A stretch of DNA of 63,487 nt, counting the filler, from Octopus bimaculoides (Eukaryota): assembly GCF_001194135.2 (NCBI RefSeq). It is 8 parts of 7 records of this genome, joined end to end, with 100 filler letters (N's around TTAATTAATTAA, not from the genome) between each part and the next. Parts side by side here need not be neighbours in the genome. Positions count along the whole stretch, not along the records: positions 1 to 6,136 come from NC_069009.1; positions 6,237 to 11,164 come from NC_069009.1; positions 11,265 to 37,530 come from NC_069005.1; 5 more parts are not named here. The stretch is one strand, 5' to 3'. Position 1 is the first letter of the stretch. Every line of letters starts with the position of its first letter. Of the stretch, positions 1 to 12,119 are shown piece after piece. The translations under genes and the position numbers were made by a program. Below the pieces are notes generated by a model. The model was not told the DNA's origin. It saw nothing but the letters and a program-made list of their open reading frames with translations, and did no database searches.

Positions 1-327
1 TCCTCATCGACATCATTATCTTAAACATCACCCCCACAAACACCATCATCATCACTATCATCATCATCTTCATCATCATCACTACCACCACCTAGCATCC
101 TGATCAACTTGAACACTAAGTTAAAATCGTCCTCGCCCTCCAAATTATCATGCCATCACCACCATCACAAACATCACCACCAACATCACGACAACCAATG
201 CCATCATCATCATCATCATCTACTCCGTCGTCATCACCGTATACTTTCCTAATTTTTTTTGCATTATATTTTTTATATACATTACGAACCTGTATACGTT
301 TGTTCACGATGCACTTTTTTGTTACAG

Positions 328-399
328 AGAGTTGTCTAGAAATGCAATAGATGAATTAGAAGTTGGATCTTTTCAAAATCTTCCCAATTTAACGACTCT
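328..399 (+). CDS. LRR coding exon A (72 bp, phase 2-2): (L)ELSRNAIDELEVGSFQNLPNLTT(L)
   Basis: Acceptor tttttgttacAG at 326-327, donor GTAAGT at 400. Exactly 72 nt. Translation fits the extracellular LRR consensus LxLxxNxIxxLxxxxFxxLxxLxxL. Confidence 0.92.
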
Positions 400-1881
400 G
401 TAAGTTGCATTAGTTTTTTGATTCTCTTTTTTTCATAATATAATTCTAAACATTACCAACATCAGCCCCATCAGAAGCATTATAATACCTTCGTCATCAA
501 AACTCTCACAATATTTTCGTCTCCTCTGCCTCATCATCATATTCATCACTGCTTCAACACCTACCGAACATTATCAACATTATCATGAAGTTCATCATGA
601 NNNNNNNNNNNNNNNNNNNNNNNNNNNNNNNNNNNNNNNNNNNNNNNNNNNNNNNNNNNNNNNNNNNNNNNNNNNNNNNNNNNNNNNNNNNNNNNNNNNN
701 NNNNNNNNNNNNNNNNNNNNNNNNNNNNNNNNNNNNNNNNNNNNNNNNNNNNNNNNNNNNNNNNNNNNNNNNNNNNNNNNNNNNNNNNNNNNNNNNNNNN
801 NNNNNNNNNNNNNNNNNNNNNNNNNNNNNNNNNNNNNNNNNNNNNNNNNNNNNNNNNNNNNNNNNNNNNNNNNNNNNNNNNNNNNNNNNNNNNNNNNNNN
901 NNNNNNNNNNNNNNNNNNNNNNNNNNNNNNNNNNNNNNNNNNNNNNNNNNNNNNNNNNNNNNNNNNNNNNNNNNNNNNNNNNNNNNNNNNNNNNNNNNNN
1001 NNNNNNNNNNNNNNNNNNNNNNNNNNNNNNNNNNNNNNNNNNNNNNNNNNNNNNNNNNNNNNNNNNNNNNNNNNNNNNNNNNNNNNNNNNNNNNNNNNNN
1101 NNNNNNNNNNNNNNNNNNNNNNNNNNNNNNNNNNNNNNNNNNNNNNNNNNNNNNNNNNNNNNNNNNNNNNNNNNNNNNNNNNNNNNNNNNNNNNNNNNNN
1201 NNNNNNNNNNNNNNNNNNNNNNNNNNNNNNNNNNNNNNNNNNNNNNNNNNNNNNNNNNNNNNNNNNNNNNNNNNNNATCCTACATCTTTTTTTCTTGTTA
1301 TTGCTTTTATTCTTCTTTTTTATCTTCTTCTACTTCGTCTACCTTTTCTTCTCGGCCTCTAAAATTCCACCCCGCCAAGACACCCTTACCATAACTTAGG
1401 TCTTCATCCTTGTCTTCATTAACATCCCCATTCTCGTCATTCTTCTTCTTCTTCTACGTCGTCTTCTTCTTCCTCCTCTACTTTTCTACTTCTACATGTT
1501 TTTCTTCATCTTTGCCTGATTCTTCTTTATTAAATCCTTTTTTCTACTTATGCTTCTTCCACCTCCGATTCATCTTTTTCTTCTTCATCTTTTTCTTCTT
1601 CTTTTACACATACACAATCTGCAACGCCATCATCATCATCAATATCATATCCTTCATTGCAACAAAACCTGCAAATTTTTACAAAGAACAAAATTACGAA
1701 TATCACCTTATCATCAGCATCATAACAGCATACTCATCACTGCTCCATCCTACTCAACATTATCAACAACATCATCATGAATTTCATCATGATGTTAATT
1801 TACTTTTCATCTCTTCCATCATCCAATTCTTTGCGCACAAATGTGTTCAATAAATGTTCTTATCTCAATGTTATGTTCCAG

Positions 1882-1953
1882 ACATTTGCACAGTAATAAA
1901 ATTATGAAAATCAAAACAGAGACCTTCCGAAATCTTTCCACTTTAACAAATCT
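1882..1953 (+). CDS. LRR coding exon B (72 bp, phase 2-2): (L)HLHSNKIMKIKTETFRNLSTLTN(L)
   Basis: Acceptor ttatgttccAG at 1880-1881, donor GTAAGT at 1954. 72 nt, LRR consensus, same phase as exon A. Confidence 0.92.
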
Positions 1954-3641
1954 GTAAGTTGAATCAACCTACGTTTATAGTATTTCTTTGGCGATATCTT
2001 TCTAAACCTGTAATGTCTTTGTATAGATGCAATTTATAGTTTTGGAATGTAAGTGAATGTGAGTGTGAGCTCATTTGTGAGATGTGAGATATATGGGAAC
2101 GTGAAAGTTGCGGCGAAACATTTACTTCATGCATGTGTATATCTCTCTGTATGGATGAATTGCTGTGAGTGTATATGGGTATATTACATACGGTGTTTAA
2201 GTGAAGATCGGAGCTAAATAACATCCTTGAATAACACTTGTAGAATTATTTGTCGCAATAGATGATACATACGCTTAATTTTTTAAAATGTACTTTAACG
2301 GTTGTTGTTGTTTTTGTCGATCTTATTGTTGTTGTTGCTATTCTCCTTCACCTTCTTCTTCTTCTTCTTCTTCTTCTTCTTTTTCTTCTTTTTCACCTCC
2401 ACTTATTCTTTACCTCCATATAATTCTACATCTTTTTCTCCTTCTCTCCTGTATGTACTTCTAGCTCTTCCTCTTCTCCAGCTATTTCTTCTCCATCTTT
2501 TTCTTCTACTTCTTCCTATCCTCCTCCTCTTTCTTCTTCTTCTCCTTGTTGTTGTTGTTGTTCATCTTCTTTTTCTCCTACTTCTTCTTCATCATTCTTT
2601 TCTACATATTTTTCAACATCTTTTTCCCTGCTTGTAGTTCTATCCCATTTTTTCTCCTTTTNNNNNNNNNNNNNNNNNNNNNNNNNNNNNNNNNNNNNNN
2701 NNNNNNNNNNNNNNNNNNNNNNNNNNNNNNNNNNNNNNNNNNNNNNNNNNNNNNNNNNNNNNNNNNNNNNNNNNNNNNNNNNNNNNNNNNNNNNNNNNNN
2801 NNNNNNNNNNNNNNNNNNNNNNNNNNNNNNNNNNNNNNNNNNNNNNNNNNNNNNNNNNNNNNNNNNNNNNNNNNNNNNNNNNNNNNNNNNNNNNNNNNNN
2901 NNNNNNNNNNNNNNNNNNNNNNNNNNNNNNNNNNNNNNNNNNNNNNNNNNNNNNNNNNNNNNNNNNNNNNNNNNNNNNNNNNNNNNNNNNNNNNNNNNNN
3001 NNNNNNNNNNNNNNNNNNNNNNNNNNNNNNNNNNNNNNNNNNNNNNNNNNNNNNNNNNNNNNNNNNNNNNNNNNNNNNNNNNNNNNNNNNNNNNNNNNNN
3101 NNNNNNNNNNNNNNNNNNNNNNNCATATATAAATATCTCTAACCTTCCAACTCTTAATCATTCACTTTATTTCTTTGAAAATATTTCCAGCTACATAACT
3201 TCTTCACTATCACCATCGTCAAAATCATCATTGCCATAATTTCTCACATCAACATCATTATCATAAACACCACTACCACAAACACCATCATCATCTACAT
3301 CACCATCATCACCACCACCACCACCACCACCACAATCAGCATCATCATCAACATGAACATTAACACCAACATCCTCGTACTCCGAATTATCATCATATCC
3401 ATCACTAACATAACAAACATTGCAAACTAACACCACGACAATCACCACCACCACCACCACCAGCATCTGCATCCTCATCATCATCATCATCATCATAATC
3501 ATCATTATCATTACTGTCATCATCATCATCATCATCTACACCGCCATCTTCAGCGTTTACTTTCCTAAATGTTTAAGCATTATATTTTATATTTCATTAC
3601 GAACCTCTACACATTTTTTCACGGCTCACTTTTTGTTACAG

Positions 3642-3713
3642 AAATTTGTTTTATAATGTCATCAATGAAATAGAAGTTGGATCTTTTCAAAATCTCCACA
3701 GTTTAATGACCCT
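3642..3713 (+). CDS. LRR coding exon A' (72 bp): (L)NLFYNVINEIEVGSFQNLHSLMT(L)
   Basis: Acceptor tttttgttacAG at 3640-3641, donor GTAAGT at 3714. Paralogue of exon A, including its flanking intron sequence. Confidence 0.92.
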
Positions 3714-3896
3714 GTAAGTTGCATTAGTTTTTTTATTCTCTTTTATTGACAATATAATTCTAAACATTCAATGTCTTTCTATGCTTGCTTTTTTTCTCTG
3801 AAACTCCTTGACACACTATATACACTCAGTCGTTTTCCACAGGAATATGCAATTCTTTGTGAATATCTGAGGTGTGTGGAGACGTGTGTGTGCGTA

Positions 3897-3941
<45 letters not shown>

Positions 3942-4774
3942 ATAGCAGTGTCTGTGTTTATGTATGAGTGTCTGATAATTAATGTATATGATTCTGTGTA
4001 TATATGTACATAAGTCTGTCTTTCAGTATGAGTGAACGTACATGAGTGAAAGATTTCACTTGTATATCCTTTTGTATATTATTTTTTATGTTTACTTCTC
4101 GATCAACGCTGATTACCATTCATGGCTCTCCGTTCTAATTGTTTATTGTGAATTACATTCTTTATTTTTAAATTTTGCAACACCTTCCATGTCAGAGTAA
4201 TTTATTTTACGCTTTTCTANNNNNNNNNNNNNNNNNNNNNNNNNNNNNNNNNNNNNNNNNNNNNNNNNNNNNNNNNNNNNNNNNNNNNNNNNNNNNNNNN
4301 NNNNNNNNNNNNNNNNNNNNNNNNNNNNNNNNNNNNNNNNNNNNNNNNNNNNNNNNNNNNNNNNNNNNNNNNNNNNNNNNNNNNNNNNNNNNNNNNNNNN
4401 NNNNNNNNNNNNNNNNNNNNNNNNNNNNNNNNNNNNNNNNNNNNNNNNNNNNNNNNNNNNNNNNNNNNNNNNNNNNNNNNNNNNNNNNNNNNNNNNNNNN
4501 NNNNNNNNNNNNNNNNNNNNNNNNNNNNNNNNNNNNNNNNNNNNNNNNNNNNNNNNNNNNNNNNNNNNNNNNNNNNNNNNNNNNNNNNNNNNNNNNNNNN
4601 NNNNNNNNNNNNNNNNNNNNNNNNNNNNNNNNNNNNNNNNNNNNNNNNNNNNNNNNNNNNNNNNNNNNNNNNNNNNNNNNNNNNNNNNNNNNNNNNNNNN
4701 NNNNNNNNNNNNNNNNNNNNNNNNNNNNNNNNNNNNNNNNNNNNNNNNNNNNNNNNNNNNNNNNNAAAGACGCA

Positions 4775-5340
4775 TTAGAGTAGAACCACTCAGACGGGCC
4801 AGTTTCGCTACATTCCCACACCTTTCAGCAAATGTAATGGGGGCGGGGCATCGCTTCTTTCTCTGGCCTCATATTCTTTCCAAGTGAAATCTTCAGTAAT
4901 AGATTTATCAGTTCGACCTCGATAACGCCCAGAACCCCTCTAAGTACGTCATCGTAATTTTCCACCAGTAAATCTCTACGGAATTTGAAGTGTTGATACC
5001 CCACTGACCGATTTTTCCCACCAGCGAGTTCTTGGCAACATTCCAGATGTCAGTCACTCTGTCTAGGTTTCTTCCTGACCTCGGAGATGAGTTGGGAAAT
5101 TGCATGTTTGACAAACGGCGACTACAGATGTTCTCCGTTTAGGCAGAATATCTGGAGATATTGCATCCTCAGCGCATGTGTACGCATCATTAGCCACGGT
5201 GCGCCCATCCCTTCACATAGTGTGCTGGCAGCAGATGGACACCTCACCAAACGTACCTGTCCACAAAAATGTGAAGAGGAGGCGCTCCGACTTGGTGAGG
5301 TGTCAACGGACCACAATCTTCAAAACTGTCATGTTCATCA
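4775..5340 (-). mobile_element. Degenerate L1/Tx1-like non-LTR retrotransposon fragment (C-terminal part of ORF2)
   Basis: Minus-strand peptides across frameshifts (ERLLFTFLWTG..SICCQH, GMGAPWLMMRTHALRMQYL, GEHL*SPFVK) resemble the post-RT region of Tx1-like ORF2. Multiple stops. Confidence 0.55.
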
Positions 5341-5680
5341 CCAACAGAGAACAACACCACCAACATCAACATCAATATCATGTTCACCATCACAATAAAA
5401 CTTCTATTCACCATCATTATCAGAATAATCAACATTAACAACATCAGTCCCATCATCAGCATCATAACACCTTCGTCATCACAACTCTGACAATATTTTC
5501 TGCTCGTCTGCTTCATCATCATATTTATCAGTTTCCACACCTATCCGCCGTCATGAATCTCATCATGAGTGTAATCTACTTTTCATATCTTCTATCATCC
5601 AATTATTTAGACATAATATTAAATATTCTCTCACACATTTGTTCCATTATTGTTCTTTGTAACTCAATTTTATGTTGCAG

Positions 5681-5752
5681 GAATTTGGGTTTAAACGAAA
5701 TCAAAGAAATCAAAGCCGAACACTTCCAAAATCTGTCCAGTTTAACAAATCT
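5681..5752 (+). CDS. LRR coding exon B' (72 bp): (L)NLGLNEIKEIKAEHFQNLSSLTN(L)
   Basis: Acceptor ttttatgttgcAG at 5679-5680, donor GTAAGT at 5753. Paralogue of exon B, including its flanking intron sequence. Confidence 0.92.
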
Positions 5753-6180
5753 GTAAGTTGTATCAATCCTATTTTATATTATTTCGTTGACGATATCTTT
5801 ATAATTCTGTAATATCTTCCCGTACACATATTTAAGCTCCCACAATCGTCTTTCTATACTTGCGTTTTATTGTTCATGAAATTCTGTGAATGTGAGTGTG
5901 GGCCCATTTCTAAGATATTGGATGTATAAGAGCGTGTTACTTGAGGGTAAGAATTTAGTGCATGCTTGTGTATGCGGGCGTATTAACATCTGTGCACATT
6001 ACGCATGGTCTTTACTTCTACATAGAAACTAAGTAACATCCTTAGATAATCTTTGTAATCGCATCTTTAACCTCAGATGATTCATACGTTAATATATACT
6101 CATTTCTTGTTGTTGTTGCTTGTCCTCTTGTATACTNNNNNNNNNNNNNNNNNNNNNNNNNNNNNNNNNNNNNNNNNNNN

Positions 6181-6192
6181 TTAATTAATTAA
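6181..6192. other. Assembly linker TTAATTAATTAA inside 100-bp N gaps (also at ~11209, 37575, 48104, 51680, 55770, 60364)
   Basis: The same 12-mer is always embedded in N runs and encodes stops in all six frames, so it is a scaffolding artefact. Confidence 0.95.
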
Positions 6193-6328
6193 NNNNNNNN
6201 NNNNNNNNNNNNNNNNNNNNNNNNNNNNNNNNNNNNTCATTATCATGCACATAGTCATGATGTAAAGATAACGTTCATGTTGATGGTGATGCACTCGATA
6301 ATGTTAATGATGATGATGAAGACGAATA

Positions 6329-9300
6329 TGTTGTGATTGTTTAGGAGGTTCCCTGTGCTGCATGTGTTCATGATAATTGTCACGGACACATTCATTCACA
6401 CACCTGAAGGATTAGACGTATGGACTAGTCGAGGTAGGGTATTGGTTCAGAAGAGATGTCGATAGGAGAAGGTGTTTTGGATTCTCCAAAAGTACGTTAT
6501 GTGAACATATTGATTTTACCTCCCATTCGTTATCATGTATATTATATATATATCCAACGCTATTCAAGGATATAAAATTGGTGCCTAGTTATTCAAAGCG
6601 TACAACGGACGTTAGAAGATCTTCCTGATAAGAAATCAAAGAAATAATTCATTAAGGTGGAAGACTTATTGACTTGCGTGTTGCAGTCTCAACAGCAACA
6701 ACAGCAGTTACAACAACAGCTACAACAGCATCAACAAGAATAAAAACAGTCAGTGGAAGTAATTTTGAAGTAGTCTGAAAGCACTGTGGGTTCCTTCTCG
6801 TCAGACGGCGTAGTAAACTCAATTGGAGAATTTATTTATATCCCAGAAGAAGGCACCACTTTTCTGCCTATTTTAGAAGATACAAAGTAATCTTCAAGGA
6901 GAAAACTTTGATTGACGAGAAGACGGTGCAACTACTTTTAAGAAAGTTATCCACTGCCGAACACGAAAAATACTATAATTATATTTGTCGATGAAAGAAT
7001 TAAATTGTTATCGTGAAATTTGAGTGCAATATGTTCCCCCTTCAATACTCTTTGATGGTATTTAAATTTAGTTTAAAAAAAGATGATGANNNNNNNNNNN
7101 NNNNNNNNNNNNNNNNNNNNNNNNNNNNNNNNNNNNNNNNNNNNNNNNNNNNNNNNNNNNNNNNNNNNNNNNNNNNNNNNNNNNNNNNNNNNNNNNNNNN
7201 NNNNNNNNNNNNNNNNNNNNNNNNNNNNNNNNNNNNNNNNNNNNNNNNNNNNNNNNNNNNNNNNNNNNNNNNATTAACCCCAGATTCGTTCAAATGTCTA
7301 ATTTTTGCTTATGGGTTAAATGCAAGAAAAGATGCTGATATAGATTCCCGTATATTAACAAAATTAGAACAGGACCAAATATTAACTCTACAGGGAGTGG
7401 CCAATGAATGCCAGAGGATTATAAATTTAAAACATGGCGTGAATAAATTTGAAGAAACATGCATGTCTACCAGAAACGGATAAGAAACACGAAAAACGAA
7501 CGTCAACATCACACCCATGCTCTGGGCGCGAATGCCTAGAAGTAATTGTCCTTTTAGAAATTTCAGAAGTAATTTTCCTTTTAAAGATCATAAATGTTTT
7601 GTGTGTGGAAAAATCGGACATAAATGCTCACATTGTATTGTGAAACGAGAAATGGGTCAAGCAAATAGAATTCTAGAAAGAACGTATTCCAAGCGAGGCT
7701 GAGAAAAGAAAATTTGTATCCATAAATATGAATAATGTGACTATCAATTTACAATTGGATATCGGCATTGGTATCATGATAATTAATACAGATTCATGGA
7801 AAACAAATTAGGGAAACCTAGCTTAAAACCTGCGCGAAACGATAAGTGATGTTACATATTATGGAAAACTTTCAAAGCCAAAGTTGTTTGTGCTGAAATA
7901 AACAAATTTATTTGGAACAGACTGGATGAGAGCTGCCCATAAGTATTTCTGGGAAAAGGTGAATGGTTCTTCTGCCAGCACAGATAAGGAGTCCGAGAAT
8001 TTTAAAGAGAATTGACAAAATTATTTCCTGCAGTTTTTCTAATGACTTGGGTCTTTGCAACAAAACAGAGGCAAAGTTTCGAATGAAGCAAAAAGCTATA
8101 CTGATATTTAAACCAAAACAAATCTACGAAGAATTTGTTAGACTTCAAAATCTTTGCGGTATTGAAATAAATGATTACACAAAATGAGCCCCATCAACAC
8201 TCTATATCAAGAAATACAATAATAAAATTCGAGTAGGCGCTGATTTTTTAAAAGGAATAGACGAATGCCTGATACCATATAATTACCTGTTACCAAGTCC
8301 AGCGGAAATTTTCATATAGTTAAATGCAGGAAAATCTTTTTCAAAGTTGGACTTATCTGAGGCATATTTGCAAAGTAAAAGCCGATGAGGAATGTTCAAA
8401 CTTATTGGCAATAAATACCCATAAAAGGCTGTTTAAATTTAATCGACTCCCTTTTAGTATAACGGTAGCACCTGGCATTTTCCAACAAGTTATTAACATT
8501 ATTCTCGAATGTTCAGATTTCGCTGTCGCTTACCTTGTAAAAAGTGAATCTCATAGAAAGTGAATCTTGGCATCTGCATACTGAGCATGTTAAAAGATGT
8601 CTTCGAAAGAACAAAAGATTATGAGCTTAAGCTCAGCGAGGAAAAGTGTGAATTTCCATGCCAAGAATAAAATATCTAGGGCAGATTATTGTTGGAAATG
8701 GACGCAGACTAGACCCGTCTGAGATGAGTGCAAAATAAAATATGCCTCCCCGACAAACATTACAACGTTCCAAGCGTGTTTGGGGCTTGCAAATCACTAC
8801 CAGGTGTACATACCGAATATGCACGATTTAAGAGCAACTCTGAATAACTTCCTAAAAAAGACGTGAAGTGGAATTCGTCGGTCATACGCCAAAAAGATTC
8901 TGAAGAAACTAAAATGGTCTTAACGTAATAACTGTCGTTATCACATTTTCAGCCGAATTTAGAAATAGTAGTGGCAGCCGATGCTAGTCAAAGTGGTATT
9001 GGAGTGGAGATTTTACACAAATTTGAAGATGATAACCTGAGATCAATAGCTTATGCTTCGCGTTCATTATTGCTGGGTGATTTATGTTACATTGAAATAG
9101 AAAAATAGGTATTAGCCATCATATTTGCGGTAAAACTATTCCATAAATGTAAACATGGAAGAAGGTTCCGTTTGCAGACAGACCACCACCCATTATTGAC
9201 TGTGGATGAAAAAAATTGCATCCCCACACATACAGTCAAGAGATTGCAGCGCTGGGAAATGATCCTACTGAATTACGACTTCCAAAGGTAGTATTTGCTA

Positions 9301-9875
9301 TCGAAATGATTGGAACATGCAGATGGTTTGTCAAGTCAATACAAAAATACAGTGAACCATTAGAATTCACAGTGATAGTAGTGTCAAAAGCCAAAAATGA
9401 AATAAAATATATATTGTGCAGTATTGCGCGTAAATTGCCTGTGACATTGGAGGATATAAAAATGTAATGCGGAGATCGACGATTTTATCATGAAAGTGAA
9501 AATTAGTAAAATCAAAAGAAACAAATAAAAAATACATGTATCTGAAGGTAACACAGTTTCGAATTTGTATTCGAGATATGATAACGTGCTTGCGTATGCA
9601 CAGAAGGTCGTGATGCCTACCTCACTACAACGTCGAATGTTAAAGGAATTCCACACTGGGCCTCCAGGAATTTATAGAATGAAATCACTTATGAGGACTT
9701 ATGTGTAATGGTAATAAATGGATGTAGATAGTGTGAAGTCGGTAAATTGCTGCAGAAGTTGAGCTCTTGGTGCGCAATCGCCACGTATAACATTTCAACA
9801 TTTGCTCATGGTCCAGAATACACATTGTCTTCGCGGAACCGTTAAAACGATTATGTTATTTAATAGTGGCAGGTT
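6329..9875 (+). mobile_element. Decayed Ty3/Gypsy LTR retrotransposon (gag-protease-RT-RNaseH-partial integrase)
   Basis: Gln-rich gag start ~6660; LTPDSFKCLIFAYGL..RILTKLEQ; CCHC knuckle CFVCGKIGHKCSHC (~7595-7635); degraded protease LQLDIG; RT SKLDLSEAYLQVK..FNRLPF..APGIFQQ with the catalytic DD deleted; RNaseH VAADASQSGIG..AYASRSL..QTDHHPL; integrase KEFHTGPPG..RMKSLMR..WSRIH. Possible 5' LTR 6329-6578 (starts TG, followed by a TGG primer-binding-site-like motif); no 3' LTR seen. Confidence 0.92.
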
Positions 9876-9879
9876 TAAT

Positions 9880-10930
9880 TTTCTGCATAGCCCTAATACC
9901 TCGTACAAGTGAACTTAACAGAATAGGGTAGGGATATTAAACTGTCGACAATAGTGTCATCAATAGTATATGGATGACTTAAAACACTATGGCAAAGACG
10001 ATAACGAGCTTGACTACTATGTATTGTGAAAACATTCAGTGATGACATCGGGATAAAGTTTAGTCTTGGTAAATATGCCAAGGCCACTTTCTAGAAAAGG
10101 AAATTGAAGACCTCACATTCAGTGAGGTTGAATGTTGACACAGTCATAAAAGAACTCGAGCAGGAACAAACTTACAAATACCTGGGAAGAAATTAGGGCC
10201 CTCGAATTCAGCATGCTACTATGAAAGAGAAGATCAGAAGGAGTGTTACAGGAGAGTTCGAGCAGTCCTAAAGTCCGAGTTAAATGCACGTAACAACTGG
10301 ATTATGAATAAAATAAGGAAGATTGACAGGAAAATCCGTGAACTCCTGACTTGCTATACGATGCAGCACACAAAGGCAAACGTAGAAATCGTCTTTACCT
10401 ACCCGGTGCTCAAGCTTGATCGAATTTGAAATCTGCTACAAAACCACCACAATTGGATTGGCAATATATATTGAAACATGTAATAAGTGGATGTTAATGC
10501 TCGTTGAAAACCATGAAAGACGTAAGAAGCTATATTCTGTTATGAAGGAGAGCTAAATATTTTTAAGTGAGCTTATGCTTTATACCCAGGATGAACAGCA
10601 TGATGGAAGTGCAGCAACTGTTGTTGCAAAGAAGGCTACATCAATAGGAAAGCAAAGTGCTTTTAAACCATTGACTGATAGGTGGGAACAAAAAACCTTT
10701 GTATGGCAAATATGTGACCTGCAGCAAACAATTTGATGTAGACCAGAAACACACCCATCAGTGGCAACGGAACTCAGGGCTAAAGGCTGACAGTGAAGGA
10801 TTTATCTTGGCTGCTCAAGAGCAGGGCGTATTGACCCGGAGCTATCAAGCCATTGTGATGAATATGGTGTAGACCAAAATTGCCGATACTGCAACAATTG
10901 TATATGGAAACAGCTGTAGGAGTGCAATTT
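9880..10930 (+). mobile_element. R4/Dong-like non-LTR retrotransposon fragment (RT C-terminal half)
   Basis: FCIALIP..ELNR; YMDD at 9967-9978; KTFSDDIGIKFSLGKYAKATF; ELEQEQTYKYLG; RRVRAVLKSELNARN; GLKADSEGFILAAQEQ. Frameshifted and with stops. Clade assignment is by motif recall. Confidence 0.8.
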
Positions 10931-11264
10931 CATAACAAAAATTTGAATAACTTTAACTAAATATTTGTATGTCGTTTTGTCTATTTTCTTCCTTTTCTCT
11001 TTCATAAAGTTTATTAATTACCTATAGATATAAATGAAAACCTAATATGCTTAATTTTCACAGAACAGTGGTATAAACTGGAGAACTAGGATTCTATCAT
11101 CACTTAAAGGACTATATGTATGTATATATATATATATGTTTTATGTATATGCTCATGCATAAACNNNNNNNNNNNNNNNNNNNNNNNNNNNNNNNNNNNN
11201 NNNNNNNNTTAATTAATTAANNNNNNNNNNNNNNNNNNNNNNNNNNNNNNNNNNNNNNNNNNNN

Positions 11265-11311
<47 letters not shown>

Positions 11312-11774
11312 ATAATATTATTATAATATAATGTAATGTATATATGTATATATACACACATACATATGTATACATGTATGCATATATGGACATATATATT
11401 TAAATATTTCCACTAATGGAATGATTGATAACGTCGAAAGGTTTCGAAGTTCGATAAATCATTTTCCACTAAGGAATAATTTTACATACATACATGTATA
11501 CATACATACATACATACATACATACATACATACAAGCACACACATACATTCATACTTACATTTTTAGGTGCAGGCATAGAAACGTCCTGCACATACTTAA
11601 ATCCATTTATACATACATCTATACGTAGCCAGACATATATAATCAAACATATTTTCACACACACACACATTCATATATACATATACATGCATACAAACAT
11701 ACATACATATGTATATTATGCATACATACGTACGTAAATGTGAACACAAACATACCTACACACATTCATACATA

Positions 11775-11968
11775 CATCGCGTGTGTATCGTTGGCGATTT
11801 TCTTTCTCCGTCTTCCCTTCTTTTGGACTTTCCTCTATTTCTGAAGAAGAGCTTTGCTCGAAACGTTAAATCCTCTTTCCTTCATTTCCTGAGCGTCTGA
11901 TAATACAGTATTTGTACCATGTCCTCGCGTTATTGTTTTTTTCTTGTTTGTTCTTCTTTGTTTGGATT

Positions 11969-11975
<7 letters not shown>
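11775..11975 (+). mobile_element. Penelope-like element terminal (pLTR) fragment containing a hammerhead motif
   Basis: Contains the hammerhead core and a downstream gagcgt..aatac segment related to the repeats at 21550-21750 and 58285-58545. Confidence 0.6.
11837..11871 (+). ncRNA. Minimal type I hammerhead ribozyme motif
   Basis: ATTT-CTGAAGA-A-GAGC(TTT)GCTC-GAAAC-GTT-AAAT. Stem I attt/aaat, CUGANGA core, stem II GAGC/GCTC, GAAA box, loopless palindromic stem III (ACGU), NUH triplet GUU. Confidence 0.7.
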
Positions 11976-12009
<34 letters not shown>

Positions 12010-12087
12010 AATATTTCCACTAATGGAATGATTGATAACGTCGAAAGGTTTCGAAGTTCGATAAATCATTTTCCATTAAGGAATAAT

Positions 12088-12119
<32 letters not shown>

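Larger units (their letters stand above)
241..6136 (+). repeat. Intragenic tandem duplication of a two-LRR-exon unit (copy 1 ~241-2330, copy 2 ~3555-6136)
   Basis: Intron flanks align by eye: 241-460 with 3555-3768; 455-600 and 1710-1860 with 5437-5660; 1955-2330 with 5755-6136. Confidence 0.9.
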
